NCBI GenBank assembly: GCA_009782515.1
Contig: WRIY01000005.1
Location: 812-64,811, forward strand
DNA: 64,000 bases
From: Eubacteriaceae bacterium
GTDB lineage: Bacteria; Bacillota; Clostridia; Eubacteriales; Anaerofustaceae
Direction: 5' to 3'
A program made the translations under genes and the position numbers. This document shows positions 16,923 through 26,982 of this stretch, piece by piece. Each line of letters begins with the position of its first letter. Within the stretch, counting starts at the first letter, position 1. The notes under the pieces were generated by a model. That model saw only the letters and a list, made by a program, of their open reading frames with translations. It did no database searches and was not told the DNA's origin.

Positions 16923-19157
16923 ATGAACATAATTTCTGGCCGCATTGACCGGATTATATACGACAATAGAGAAAACAACTATGCGATCGTGCTTGTAACA
17001 ACGCAAAATGGGCCAATTACAGCTACAGGAACATACCCGCAGCCGAGGGTTGGCGATGAGGTGGAGTTTGTAGGCGATTACACGGAACACCCGAAGTATG
17101 GCCGCCAATTTGCCATCAAAAACTACTCAATTAAAAAAGCAAGCTCCGGCTCAGAGATCGAGGCGCTGCTCAAAAGCGGTTTGATAAAGGGTATGGGCAT
17201 CCAGCGCGGCTCAGATATATATGATCATTTCGGTGATGAATCGCTTGAAATTCTAAAAAACGATCCCGTGAGGCTTAGCGAAATCAGCGGCATTGGCAAG
17301 ATCACCGCCCAGCAGATGCATAATGACTTTATAAAAAGCGAAGATCGCTACCTGAATCTATGCTCCTTGATGCAATTCGGGCTCTCAGCGATAATGTCGC
17401 AGAAAATAATCGATGAATATGGAAGCCTGGCTTCAAGGGTAGTTAAGAATGATCCGTATATTCTGATCGATGATATCGATGGAATTGGCTTTAAAAGGGC
17501 AGATGCAATTGCTGAGAGGGCAAACATTGACAAGGCCGATGAAAGGCGCATACGCGCAGCGATATTCTACCTTATGGCACAGGACACGAATCTTGGCCAC
17601 TGCTACAGCGATCCCCAACAGCTGGTTATAAACGCCAAATCGCTATTGGGCATAGGCAATAAGCCCATAGATGATGTGATAGAGAAAATGGCCGGGTCTT
17701 TTGAGATTATCACTGACAGGCGCTATGGCAAGAATATGCTCTACCTTGAGAAGTACTACAGCTTTGAAAATCAGGCAGCTTTTTCGATTGCCGAAATTGC
17801 TTCCAACAAAAGCTCCATCAGCAAAGCTTTAGTCGAGGAAATACTGGATGACTACCAAAGGTTCCGCGGCTCTATAGTACTGGATGCAGACCAAAAAAAC
17901 GCGATCACAGGCGCATTGACCGGCAGCATGGCCTCTGTTATAACAGGCGGGCCAGGAACAGGCAAAACAACTATAATCAATGCGATTATCTATACGCTGA
18001 CAAGGCTCGGGCTTTCATATAAGCTGGCAGCGCCAACCGGAAGGGCTGCCAAGCGAATGTCGCTTGCCTGCGGCGAGGATGCTTCAACGATACACAGGCT
18101 GCTCGAAGTCGGCTTTGCCAATGGAATAATGGAGTACAAACGCAACAGCAGCAATCCTCTGGAATGCGATGTTGTAATAATCGATGAGATGAGCATGGTG
18201 GATCTGCCTTTGTTTTGGAGGCTTCTCAATGCTATGCTGCCTGACGAAATGAGGCTGATAATGGTTGGGGATAAAGACCAGCTGCCAAGCGTTTCCCCCG
18301 GAAATGTGCTAAACGACATTATCTCAACGGATGTTGTTACAGTATCGATGCTAAGCAATGTTTTCAGGCAGGAAGAGGGCACTTCCATCGCTCCCAATGC
18401 CCAGAGAATAAACAGAGGGCTGGCCCCTGAGGCAAAAGCCGGCGACAATAGCTTCGAAATTGTTGAATTGTCAGGCCAGCCTGAAATAGCAGACTATATA
18501 ATTAACTACATCAGCCAAAACGAATCGATCCTGCAGGCAATGATGCAGTCTGAAAAGGTGCAGATTATTTCCCCCCTTAAGAAGGGCGAAAGCGGAGTAA
18601 TTTCGCTTAATAAAAAGCTGCAGGAGCTTATAAACCCCGAAGATGTTGGCAAGGATGAGATAGAGCAATTCGAATACACTCTGCGCGAAGGCGACAAGAT
18701 CATGCAGACACGGAATAATTACGAAGCGAGTTGGGAGAATGTTATAACCCATGAGACAGGTGAAGGCGTATTTAACGGCGATATCGGAATTATTGAAAAT
18801 ATCAATGAATACGCAGGAGAAATAACGCTGCTCTTTGACAATGAGAAAAGAGTAAAATACACGCATGCAAAAGACATTGAAGGAATTACGCTTGCGTATG
18901 CAATCACAATCCATAAGAGCCAGGGCTCTGAATTTGATTATGTAATTATGCCACTGTTCCCGACAGCGCCTTCTTTTCTTACCAGGAACTTGCTGTATAC
19001 AGCTGTTACCAGAGCTAAGAAGAAAGTGGCTATCATCGGCGAAAAGAGAGTTATAGACCACATGGTGGGCAACAACCAAACGAGCCAAAGAAACAGCGCT
19101 TTGCGCGAGAGGATTATTGAGCTTATAAGAAGCCCGAATTTTATGAGCCGGCGATAA
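16923..19157 (+). CDS. recD2: RecD2-type SF1 DNA helicase
   Basis: Motifs are GGPGTGKTT, VVIIDEMSMVD, MVGDKDQLPSV and AYAITIHKSQGSEF, with an N-terminal OB/HhH region. AAGAGGA precedes the ATG. Confidence 0.9.
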   Translation: MNIISGRIDRIIYDNRENNYAIVLVTTQNGPITATGTYPQPRVGDEVEFVGDYTEHPKYGRQFAIKNYSIKKASSGSEIEALLKSGLIKGMGIQRGSDIYDHFGDESLEILKNDPVRLSEISGIGKITAQQMHNDFIKSEDRYLNLCSLMQFGLSAIMSQKIIDEYGSLASRVVKNDPYILIDDIDGIGFKRADAIAERANIDKADERRIRAAIFYLMAQDTNLGHCYSDPQQLVINAKSLLGIGNKPIDDVIEKMAGSFEIITDRRYGKNMLYLEKYYSFENQAAFSIAEIASNKSSISKALVEEILDDYQRFRGSIVLDADQKNAITGALTGSMASVITGGPGTGKTTIINAIIYTLTRLGLSYKLAAPTGRAAKRMSLACGEDASTIHRLLEVGFANGIMEYKRNSSNPLECDVVIIDEMSMVDLPLFWRLLNAMLPDEMRLIMVGDKDQLPSVSPGNVLNDIISTDVVTVSMLSNVFRQEEGTSIAPNAQRINRGLAPEAKAGDNSFEIVELSGQPEIADYIINYISQNESILQAMMQSEKVQIISPLKKGESGVISLNKKLQELINPEDVGKDEIEQFEYTLREGDKIMQTRNNYEASWENVITHETGEGVFNGDIGIIENINEYAGEITLLFDNEKRVKYTHAKDIEGITLAYAITIHKSQGSEFDYVIMPLFPTAPSFLTRNLLYTAVTRAKKKVAIIGEKRVIDHMVGNNQTSQRNSALRERIIELIRSPNFMSRR

Positions 19158-19252
19158 GCTCGCCTTATGGCTGCAGAAGCGAACTATATAAAGAAATACA
19201 GGAGGGCTGCACTGTTAAATGCAAGAGGCTAGGCGCTGCATTTGGTGCAAAC

Positions 19253-19783
19253 ATGATGAACACTATTATCAACACAAGAAACTATAGCTTAAGCGGAAAT
19301 GTCCGCTCCGAAATTGAAGATCGCTTTGACAAGCTGGAAAAATACTTATGGGATGACTCAAAAGCTACTGTCACTGTTATTGGCGAAAAAAACCAGCTTA
19401 AAAAAGTTGAAATATCCTTGAAAATAAAAAATAACATTTTGAGAAGCGAAGTTGCAGATTATGACATTCGCACAGCTATTGACAAAGCGCTGGATAAAAT
19501 TGAAAAGCAGCTGCTCAAGCACAGAAAGAAGCTTCAGGTAAAGAGCCCTGATTCGATCCGCTACGAAAGCGCTGATTTTGACATGCAATCGGAGCCTTCC
19601 AGAATTGTCAGAAACAAAAGGTTTGAGCTTCAGCCAATGAGCGCTGAAGAGGCATGCTTTCAGCTGGAGCTGCTGGAGCACACCTTTTATGTCTTCACAA
19701 ATGAGGAGTCAGGCAATATAAATGTTGTTTACAAGAGGGAAGACGGAGATTACGGGCTCATCGAGCCTCTCGAAACTGAATAA
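19253..19783 (+). CDS. hpf: Ribosome hibernation promoting factor (long HPF)
   Basis: The N-terminal S30AE fold shows in INTRNYSLSGNVRSEIEDRFDKLEKY...VEISLKI. The C-terminal dimerisation domain shows in IVRNKRFELQPMSAEEACFQLELLEHTFYVFTN. Confidence 0.9.
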   Translation: MMNTIINTRNYSLSGNVRSEIEDRFDKLEKYLWDDSKATVTVIGEKNQLKKVEISLKIKNNILRSEVADYDIRTAIDKALDKIEKQLLKHRKKLQVKSPDSIRYESADFDMQSEPSRIVRNKRFELQPMSAEEACFQLELLEHTFYVFTNEESGNINVVYKREDGDYGLIEPLETE

Positions 19784-19815
19784 AAGCCAGCCGCAGCCGG
19801 CAATGGTTCGAAACA

Positions 19816-19842
19816 AAAGGCAAGGGCAGCTTTGCCTTTTTT
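19816..19842 (+). terminator. Rho-independent terminator after hpf
   Basis: An AAAGGCAA / TTGCCTTT stem with an 8-nt loop, followed by a T-run. Confidence 0.7.
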
Positions 19843-20258
19843 ATATTGCGCATTTACAGATCGTAAAAAGCTAATTTTTGCCCCGCTGCTCCGCTTTGCA
19901 TCTTGCGGGAGTGCGGTAGCCGCCTTGCATTCGCCTTTTGCATTTCCCATCTGAATTTTGAGGCTTGAGATATGAAACGATCTTTTGCTCCGTTTGGCAT
20001 AGGGAAATCCTGCACTTATGTTAAAACTGCGTTAGTTTTTTTGAAATTTGGCTCTTTGGGCCCCAGATATGGTATAAATAGCTTGACAGGAACGATTACA
20101 TTGTAACTTTTTTCATTAATTAAGTTGTTGGCAGAAACTGCGAGACTTGAGTGTTTTTTGGTAAAATAAAGCTACTCTTAGCTATTCATCTCTTAATAAA
20201 GACACAGGAATGGTTTGATCAGTTATGCTTATAGAAGGGAGAAGCTGCTAGGCGAACA

Positions 20259-23180
20259 TTGCTTTGCAGCGATTCTAAGATGGTTCTGATAGCTTTTTTT
20301 CTTGCTGGCACTATATGGGGCTTCGCGCAAAAAGGCAGCATCTCTAATATAGCCAATACAGATTTTAGAGCTTGGCATCTGTTTGCGGCATCAATCCTGC
20401 TTTTCGCATTGCTGCGCATAGGGATCTCATATAGCATTACATTTATTGCTAATAATTCTTACATGATACTATTGGCAGCATATTGTTTTTTAATGCTTGG
20501 GATAATGTTTAATGTTCGGGGCCTTAACTACTCCATGCTTTTCCTGCTTGCAGGCGCGCTGGCCAACTTTGCTGCGATTTTCTTAAACAATGGCGAAATG
20601 CCGTTCTCTGAGAAAGCGGCATTGATAGCAAAAATACCGGTTGACGCAATAAACGGCTCGCCTATACAGCGAATTGCAGACGGGAATACAGTGCTTGGAT
20701 TCTTAGGGGGCATCATACCCGTTCCGCTTCCGCTATTTCCGGAAATAGCTTCAATAGGCACACTCTTTTTGGGAATCGGGATGCTGTGGACCGTTAAGGA
20801 TTTGCTCGCAAAGCCGCAATTCAACTCTGGTTTTGAAGAGTTTGGCTTTGATGATGAAGACAGCATTTTAGATGGCGAAGAGTTCGAAACGGCTTCGCTG
20901 TACCAAAAGAGCGAAGCGCAGGGCCCAAGCTGGGCAAAACGAAAAATAGTGAAGTCAGAGAATGAAACAGAAAGCGCGCAAGCCAGCCAGGCTGAAGAGC
21001 CCGGGCTCCAGCCGGCAAGCGAAAGCTATGCACAGCAAACCGAGGCTGAGCCTGAAGCGGAGCATAGCATAAATATAGATGCCCAAGCAGAAGATATTTT
21101 CATTGATCCTGCTGAAAACGAAGCCTTAAGCAGTGAATACATAACAGGATCATACCGAACGCTAAGCAGCGAGCCTTCTGAGGGCGAAGCTGAATACGCA
21201 TCTCCTGCCCAGGCAAACAGCAGCAGCGACTCTCTTGGCACAAGGGACTACTTTGGATCACAGGCAGAAGAGGCGATAAGCGATGCGAAATTAGCAACAA
21301 ATGATTTTGTGCCGGTTGAGTTCGAGCTGGAGAGCAGCCTTGCATACGAAGCCGCAGCCAGAAGCATAGAAAGCGCTATTGAAAGCGAGCAGGCTGCGGG
21401 CAATGCATCTGATGCCAGGGAATATGCTATTGGGCCGGATTCTGGCATTGAGCCGGATGAAGAGGATAATGCTTTTGAAGCAGCCTTCCCTGCTGCGCAA
21501 AGCCCTGATGAAAATGTATACGAAGGCGCAATGCTCTATGAGGGCGATGCAATCGACGGAAGCGATGACTATGTCGAGTACAGCGAGTCTCCGTATGAGT
21601 TTTACAGCGCCGAAGATTTCGGCTTTGACAGCGAATATGAAAGCAGCGAAACAAGCCACGCAGAGCGTGTGCCTATGGCAGAGCAGCCAAGCGATCAGAA
21701 AACGAAAAGCGACTACAGCTTTGAGGATACTATTCCTTACGGAGCGCCTTTTAGCAGCGACATGTATTCAACCAGAGTTTTTCGGGCGCTAAAGGATATC
21801 GCTGACGAAGCTTCCAATAGCGGGCCAATTCGCCAGATTCCAGTTGACAGCATAGGCGGCCTTGACAGCATTAGCGATATACTCGATGACGGTGATATCG
21901 ATTTTGGCGAGGCTGAAAGCTGGCAAAACATCTCAAATGATGAAGCGCAAGAGCTGGAGCCTGACAATGAAGAAAGCGCGATTGGCTATCGGCTTGGCCC
22001 TATTGAAAGCGAGGCAGACAGCGAACTGGAAGCAGAAGGCCCTGCCAGCCTTGATGGCATCATTGAGCAGGAAGACATTCCGGATGAGCCAGCCAGCGAA
22101 GAAACATTCAAGCCAATAATTGAAAGCCGTGAAGAGCCTATTGATGTATACGCTACTTACGATCTGCCGCCTCAAAGCACCCAAAACCCCAACTGGATAG
22201 ATATTTCATCCCAAAAACTGGACAGCTTTGATGCGATTAATAGCAGCAATGAGACATACATTGGCCCACAAGACAGCATTGAGGATGTTGTCCCCTTAGT
22301 AGATAACGGCGAATATGCCGAATCACTGGGCGAATATGCCGAATCGCTAAAAGAAGCGCTTGATGAAAAAGAGACGCCTAAGCAGAAAAGCATTGATGAC
22401 TTAATTAATGACATATTCACTCGCTTTACGAATAAATCGCCCGATGAAGAAACAGAAAATGAAGCTGAGCAGCAAAGCCAGCAGGAAGCGGCCGATGAGG
22501 CTTTTGATCTTGATGAAGATGATAGGGATGAACAAAGCCTTGAGCCTGAGTACTACGCGCCTGCCCAAACAAGCGAAAGCATGGCCAATGAAGCATCTGA
22601 TGAGAGCGATCCAAGTGACTCTCAAGCAACCCGAAAGCTGCCTTCATACGAAGCGCTTAGAAAACTGAGCGAAAGCACCCAACTTCCAAGGCAAAGCGCG
22701 TTTTTCGAGGACAGCGGCCTCTTGGAGGAAACTGACTTGAGCGATAGCGAGTTCTATGACACTACTCCGCTTTATGCGCTTGACGATACTGAAGAGTATT
22801 ATAAAAACCCGGGAGCCGGTTTCTTTGAAGAAGAATATGGCGAGCCTTCAGAGCCCTTTATGGAGATGGGCAATGGTTTTGATGATATTGACAGTGAGCA
22901 AGGCAGTGAAGATGATATAGACTATTCATCGCCGTTTATAATCGAAAATGGAAGAATTGTGGAGAACCCTAACTATAAGTTCAGGAAAGCGCGCGACAGC
23001 GAGGCATCAGCTTCGCAGCTTGCTAACAGCAACCAAAACCCGGACGCTTCCAGAAACCCATCGCTCAGGAATGCAAAGCCAAATTTCAATACCGCCGCTT
23101 TCGGCCCGATTGACAGCCAGAAGCAAAAGTCGCCCAGAATAGGCGATGTAAACATTGATTTCTTTAAAAAAGAGAGTTGA
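20259..23180 (+). CDS. Membrane protein with a DUF5317-like N-terminal domain (~190 aa) and a ~780-aa acidic low-complexity tail
   Basis: The N-terminus has several TM segments and ...LANFAAIFLNNGEMPF..., which I recognise as DUF5317-like. The rest is dominated by E, D, S and A with few basic residues. The start is uncertain (TTG at 20259 or ATG at 20280). Confidence 0.7.
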   Translation: MLCSDSKMVLIAFFLAGTIWGFAQKGSISNIANTDFRAWHLFAASILLFALLRIGISYSITFIANNSYMILLAAYCFLMLGIMFNVRGLNYSMLFLLAGALANFAAIFLNNGEMPFSEKAALIAKIPVDAINGSPIQRIADGNTVLGFLGGIIPVPLPLFPEIASIGTLFLGIGMLWTVKDLLAKPQFNSGFEEFGFDDEDSILDGEEFETASLYQKSEAQGPSWAKRKIVKSENETESAQASQAEEPGLQPASESYAQQTEAEPEAEHSINIDAQAEDIFIDPAENEALSSEYITGSYRTLSSEPSEGEAEYASPAQANSSSDSLGTRDYFGSQAEEAISDAKLATNDFVPVEFELESSLAYEAAARSIESAIESEQAAGNASDAREYAIGPDSGIEPDEEDNAFEAAFPAAQSPDENVYEGAMLYEGDAIDGSDDYVEYSESPYEFYSAEDFGFDSEYESSETSHAERVPMAEQPSDQKTKSDYSFEDTIPYGAPFSSDMYSTRVFRALKDIADEASNSGPIRQIPVDSIGGLDSISDILDDGDIDFGEAESWQNISNDEAQELEPDNEESAIGYRLGPIESEADSELEAEGPASLDGIIEQEDIPDEPASEETFKPIIESREEPIDVYATYDLPPQSTQNPNWIDISSQKLDSFDAINSSNETYIGPQDSIEDVVPLVDNGEYAESLGEYAESLKEALDEKETPKQKSIDDLINDIFTRFTNKSPDEETENEAEQQSQQEAADEAFDLDEDDRDEQSLEPEYYAPAQTSESMANEASDESDPSDSQATRKLPSYEALRKLSESTQLPRQSAFFEDSGLLEETDLSDSEFYDTTPLYALDDTEEYYKNPGAGFFEEEYGEPSEPFMEMGNGFDDIDSEQGSEDDIDYSSPFIIENGRIVENPNYKFRKARDSEASASQLANSNQNPDASRNPSLRNAKPNFNTAAFGPIDSQKQKSPRIGDVNIDFFKKES
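22308..22349 (+). repeat. Tandem 21-bp duplication inside the acidic tail (GEYAESL x2)
   Basis: GGCGAATATGCCGAATCACTG (22308-22328) is followed directly by GGCGAATATGCCGAATCGCTA (22329-22349). Confidence 0.9.
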
Positions 23181-23189
23181 GATGCAATA

Positions 23190-23927
23190 CTAGAAGCCAA
23201 TGCTCTTAAATATAAGAATTGAGCCCGCAACAGCTGCGTTAAGCGAATCAAATGCTCCTGGCATTGGTATGGATATTAGTTTATCAGCAAAAGCGCGCAT
23301 AGCGCTGGACAAGCCGGAGCCCTCGCTGCCAACGGCCAAAGCGGATCTTTCGGCAAAGCAGAAATTGCTCTCCCCTGCTGCCTCTGCTGCATATAGCGCG
23401 ATCCCTGCGTTCCTTATTTCGCTAAAAGGCATATCGCTATATCTATACAGGCTGATATCAAGCACAGAGCCTGCGCTGGCCCTAACTGTTTTGGGCGCAT
23501 AAAAGTCAGCGGATTCACTACTGGCAAGAACAGCGCAATAGCCTGCGCAAACGGCGCTTCTGATTAAAGTTCCAACATTGGAGGGATCCTGGATTCCATC
23601 CAAAATAAGGAGCTTTTTTATTTCTTCAAAGTTTGGATTTTCTTTTTTTTCCTCAAATACTGCATATAGGCTTTGGGGCGATGCGGTATCAGACAGGGCC
23701 TTTGCTGCCCTTTGGCTTATCGTTGCAACATCAAACGGCTCAAGGCTCTTATATAGCTTCTGAGCGAACACCTTGATTGGCATATGCCCCTTTTCTATTG
23801 CACTTAGTATAAATTTGTCACCTTCCATTAAAAACATGCCTGCCCTGTCGCGGTATTTCTTTTCCTTTAGCGAGCAGGCTTCCATAATTGCAGGGTTTTT
23901 AGGGGATTCAATATGTGCTGGTTTCAT
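23190..23927 (-). CDS. TrmH/SpoU-family RNA 2'-O-methyltransferase (RlmB-like)
   Basis: Motifs are LILDGIQDPSNVGTLIRSA, LAVGSEGSGLS and IPMPGAFDSLNAAVAGSILIF. I prefer the start at MKPAHIESPKNP (23927) over the track's 24005. Confidence 0.8.
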   Translation of the reverse strand: MKPAHIESPKNPAIMEACSLKEKKYRDRAGMFLMEGDKFILSAIEKGHMPIKVFAQKLYKSLEPFDVATISQRAAKALSDTASPQSLYAVFEEKKENPNFEEIKKLLILDGIQDPSNVGTLIRSAVCAGYCAVLASSESADFYAPKTVRASAGSVLDISLYRYSDMPFSEIRNAGIALYAAEAAGESNFCFAERSALAVGSEGSGLSSAMRAFADKLISIPMPGAFDSLNAAVAGSILIFKSIGF

Positions 23928-24012
23928 ATATAAACAGTATAGACGAAGTGAAAGGGCTAGCATTCCACAATTCTTTAATAATGTTGTATAATAAAGCAAC
24001 TGCATTTATTGC

Positions 24013-25662
24013 TTGGAGACAGAAAATAGCATGTTAACAAGATATAGAGTCTATACAATTTTTACTGCTGTTCTTATTGTTATATTTATGGCATTTAACT
24101 TTAGCTTGGCGATGCCATACTACCAGATGCAGAATGTTATAATGGTAAACCAGCTTTCTTCAACGCAAAGCCTTAATGCGCATGCAATGCACGCTAAGAT
24201 GAAAAATGGAGAAGCTTTCTTTATTGCCGGCGATATTGGCCATGACAAAGCTGAGCTTTCGCTGCTGATAAGAGAGCTTACACAGCTGGGCTACGGTGTT
24301 TTGATATATGATCTTCCCTCAGAAGGCTTCAGCGATGGCGTGATTCCAGTTGGCTATAAATCAGACTCAGAGTTTCTGGCACACCATTTTTATAATACCT
24401 ATGTTGCATACACACAGCTTGAGAATATTTCTGTAAACAATATCCATATAGTTGGGTTTGGCGAGAGCGCCAGAGCCATACTGCAAACAGGCAGCCTTGG
24501 GCTTTTTGCAGAGCAGCAAGGCAACGCACATGCGATACCGCTTGATATTACGCTGGTTGGCGCTGATTTTAACTTGTCCGGCAAAGCTGATTTTGATGTT
24601 TTGAATTACCGCAAAGACAATGAAATTGAATGGATAAGCCGCTTAGGGCCAAATAACCCGGGAATTCCAATAAATATTATTGCCTCCAACATTGACAGAT
24701 CAGCAACAGTTAAGGACAGCGAGCTTTTGCTGGAAAAATTCCTGGAAGGCCTTGCATCAGGTGCAGAGCCGAAGAGCAGGCTTTCGATTATTAAGTATGT
24801 CCCCCACGGCTCTCTAATGGGGTCTGTGAAGGTTCTTGAGGCAATTATCCAAATGACCGTAAATGAGGCCTATAAAGCCCCTGGCCTGCTTTATCTGAGA
24901 GATCCAATCTCTTACGCAACGCTGGCACTGTTTGCACTGCTATGCTATCTTGCAGGCCGCCTTGTTTATCGCCAAAGCTATACAGGCCCGCTGCCGGAGA
25001 GAAAGCGGGCAACCGGCCTGTTCAGGGTGAAGGTTGCCATGAATCTGTTTGGCCTTATACTGGACATTTTGCTGCTTGGCGCATTCTACGCCGCTCCTGT
25101 GCCTTTTCCGTATTATGATATTCTGCCTATATTAACCTTGGCAGGATTCGGTTTTGTTATGCTCTTCCTATACAGGTTCACTACATTTGCAAACAACCTG
25201 GGCTCTTCTGTAATTCTGCGTGACGCCAACGCAAGCCCCATTGCAGGCATTGTTACACTGGGAGGCGCTGTCGCGCTGTGCACTTTAATGCTTGCCTCAT
25301 TCCCGCGCAACCCGTTCTCGCTTATGGGCAAGCCCGTATGGATTGGCATGCTTATGCTGCTGTTCCTGCCGCTATTATATATCGATGAAAAAGAGCGAAG
25401 GCTTTTTGCTGATGACCGCAAGCTCTGCTTTATGCTATTTGCTGCAAACTTTCTTGCTTTGCTAATATCGCCACTGGCGACAGCAGCAATTGGGCTTACA
25501 GATGCTTCCTTTACAATGCTGAGGCTAATCGCATGCTTCCTTGCAGCTATTTCAACCGAATTCTTTTGCAGGCCATTAGGCTTGTCCTCTTTTAGCACTT
25601 CCCTTACAAAGGCAGCAGTGCTAATCATGCTTGCATTCACTGACTTAACGCTGTTTTATTAG
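24013..25662 (+). CDS. Membrane protein: alpha/beta-hydrolase-like N-terminal domain plus a polytopic C-terminal domain
   Basis: There is an N-terminal TM segment, then ...GYGVLIYDLPSEGFSDG...IHIVGFGESARA, which resembles a nucleophile elbow. Six or more hydrophobic segments follow. The start may be the ATG at 24031. Confidence 0.55.
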   Translation: METENSMLTRYRVYTIFTAVLIVIFMAFNFSLAMPYYQMQNVIMVNQLSSTQSLNAHAMHAKMKNGEAFFIAGDIGHDKAELSLLIRELTQLGYGVLIYDLPSEGFSDGVIPVGYKSDSEFLAHHFYNTYVAYTQLENISVNNIHIVGFGESARAILQTGSLGLFAEQQGNAHAIPLDITLVGADFNLSGKADFDVLNYRKDNEIEWISRLGPNNPGIPINIIASNIDRSATVKDSELLLEKFLEGLASGAEPKSRLSIIKYVPHGSLMGSVKVLEAIIQMTVNEAYKAPGLLYLRDPISYATLALFALLCYLAGRLVYRQSYTGPLPERKRATGLFRVKVAMNLFGLILDILLLGAFYAAPVPFPYYDILPILTLAGFGFVMLFLYRFTTFANNLGSSVILRDANASPIAGIVTLGGAVALCTLMLASFPRNPFSLMGKPVWIGMLMLLFLPLLYIDEKERRLFADDRKLCFMLFAANFLALLISPLATAAIGLTDASFTMLRLIACFLAAISTEFFCRPLGLSSFSTSLTKAAVLIMLAFTDLTLFY

Positions 25663-26339
25663 CGCTGCAAACTGCATATCCCGGATGCCTCCTGAGCTAT
25701 TTTGGCTAAAGTGTCCATTTCAGCAGCGCTGTATTCGGCAACTGATGACATATACAAAAAAGCAGCAAGCATTAACAGCAGAAAATTGTCTGTCCTGTAT
25801 AAAAACATATAGCTTCCATAGCAAAACAGCACCGTGCATGACATATAGCTGATTGTGCATACAATTTTTATCGCCTTTAGGCTGCTTAGCCATATCCTAA
25901 GCACTGCCTCGATCGCTCTGGCGGCGTCAAGCGGGTAAGCAGGGATCATGTTGAGCATTGCCAGGGAAATATTGTAGAACACGAAGAATTCGGCATTAGG
26001 CACATACTGGACTGTTGATGCCAAGTAAATGCCTACTGCAAAGGCAATATTTCCAAAAGGCCCTGCCAAAAACAGCAGAGCTGATGTTCCGGCCTTAAGA
26101 TCGGCTCGATTATAAACCATGCTTACGCCATATAGAGCAGAGCTGGCACCCTTGATATTTATGCCCAGCATGAAGGCGGCTATTAAGTGAAAGGCTTCAT
26201 GCACTATATAGGAGAGGATCAGCACCGCCGCTTCGAGCAGCCCTCTATTTATTACCAATAAGGCTGTGAAAGCAATAAAGCATACTGCGCTCAGCCTAGT
26301 AGATTGCTTCAAAGTAATCGAGAGGGTCTTTCGCTTCAT
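25659..26339 (-). CDS. spoIVFB: Site-2 protease family (M50B) intramembrane metalloprotease, SpoIVFB-like, with no C-terminal CBS domain
   Basis: Motifs are HEAFHLIA (HExxH) and NMIPAYPLDAARA (NPDG-type). It lies downstream of, and overlaps, a SpoIVFA-like gene. I prefer the start at MKRKTL (26339). Confidence 0.7.
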   Translation of the reverse strand: MKRKTLSITLKQSTRLSAVCFIAFTALLVINRGLLEAAVLILSYIVHEAFHLIAAFMLGINIKGASSALYGVSMVYNRADLKAGTSALLFLAGPFGNIAFAVGIYLASTVQYVPNAEFFVFYNISLAMLNMIPAYPLDAARAIEAVLRIWLSSLKAIKIVCTISYMSCTVLFCYGSYMFLYRTDNFLLLMLAAFLYMSSVAEYSAAEMDTLAKIAQEASGICSLQR

Positions 26340-26982
26340 TATCCACCCATACTTCCAGGCCAAGCACGCTGTTTCCTTCGGCAAGCATTCCTATTACTTG
26401 ATCTTCTTGCATTTCATCGCCAGCATCAATATAAGCTTCTGCTAAATTGTCATAGACTACTTTCGTATTTTTTGACAGCGCGATTACGATGCGCTTTGCC
26501 CCATTTGTGCTTGGTATCACGTTTTCGCATGTGCCATAGCCGGGAGAGTAAACAAAAGCTTCACCGGGGGCTGCAATCTTCACTCCTGTTGGCGCAACAA
26601 CAGTGCTAAAAACAGGATGGGCAGTCTCGACAAAGCTCACTTCAACAACACCCTGCTTAAGTGGAGGCGCAAATGTTGAAATTGCATCGATGCTTACTGC
26701 GGCATCCCTGCCTGTAATGTTTGAGTAGGCTGTTGTAAAGAAGCCAACAATATCGTCTGCAGCCTGGGCAAAGTCCGTTTGCTTTTTTACAAGCTTGCTT
26801 ATGCTTCCCAAGGCTGCGCTGCCTGTATTATATGCTTTTAAAGCCAGTATCGATGAAAGAATCAATACACATACAGCAGCGTTTATAGTAAAGCGCTCCC
26901 TTGCGTTTCTTGTACTGTAGGCGGACTGCTTTTGCATTGGCGATGAATTTCTAAGCTTGAGGCCAAATTTTTTGTAATACAT
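26296..26982 (-). CDS. Membrane-anchored degenerate LytM/M23-domain protein (SpoIVFA-like)
   Basis: There is an N-terminal TM segment. The C-terminal M23-like fold lacks the catalytic histidines (...GVKIAAPGEAFVYSPGYGTCENV...VIGMLAEGNSVLGLEVWVDNEAKDPLDYF). Confidence 0.55.
   Translation of the reverse strand: MYYKKFGLKLRNSSPMQKQSAYSTRNARERFTINAAVCVLILSSILALKAYNTGSAALGSISKLVKKQTDFAQAADDIVGFFTTAYSNITGRDAAVSIDAISTFAPPLKQGVVEVSFVETAHPVFSTVVAPTGVKIAAPGEAFVYSPGYGTCENVIPSTNGAKRIVIALSKNTKVVYDNLAEAYIDAGDEMQEDQVIGMLAEGNSVLGLEVWVDNEAKDPLDYFEAIY

Noticed and set aside
20528-22668. About a dozen 60-140-aa ORFs on both strands inside the acidic-tail gene
   Set aside because: These are typical out-of-frame and antisense artefacts of GAA/GCA/GAT-rich low-complexity coding DNA. 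The single 973-codon frame is the only one with a membrane domain and consistent composition.
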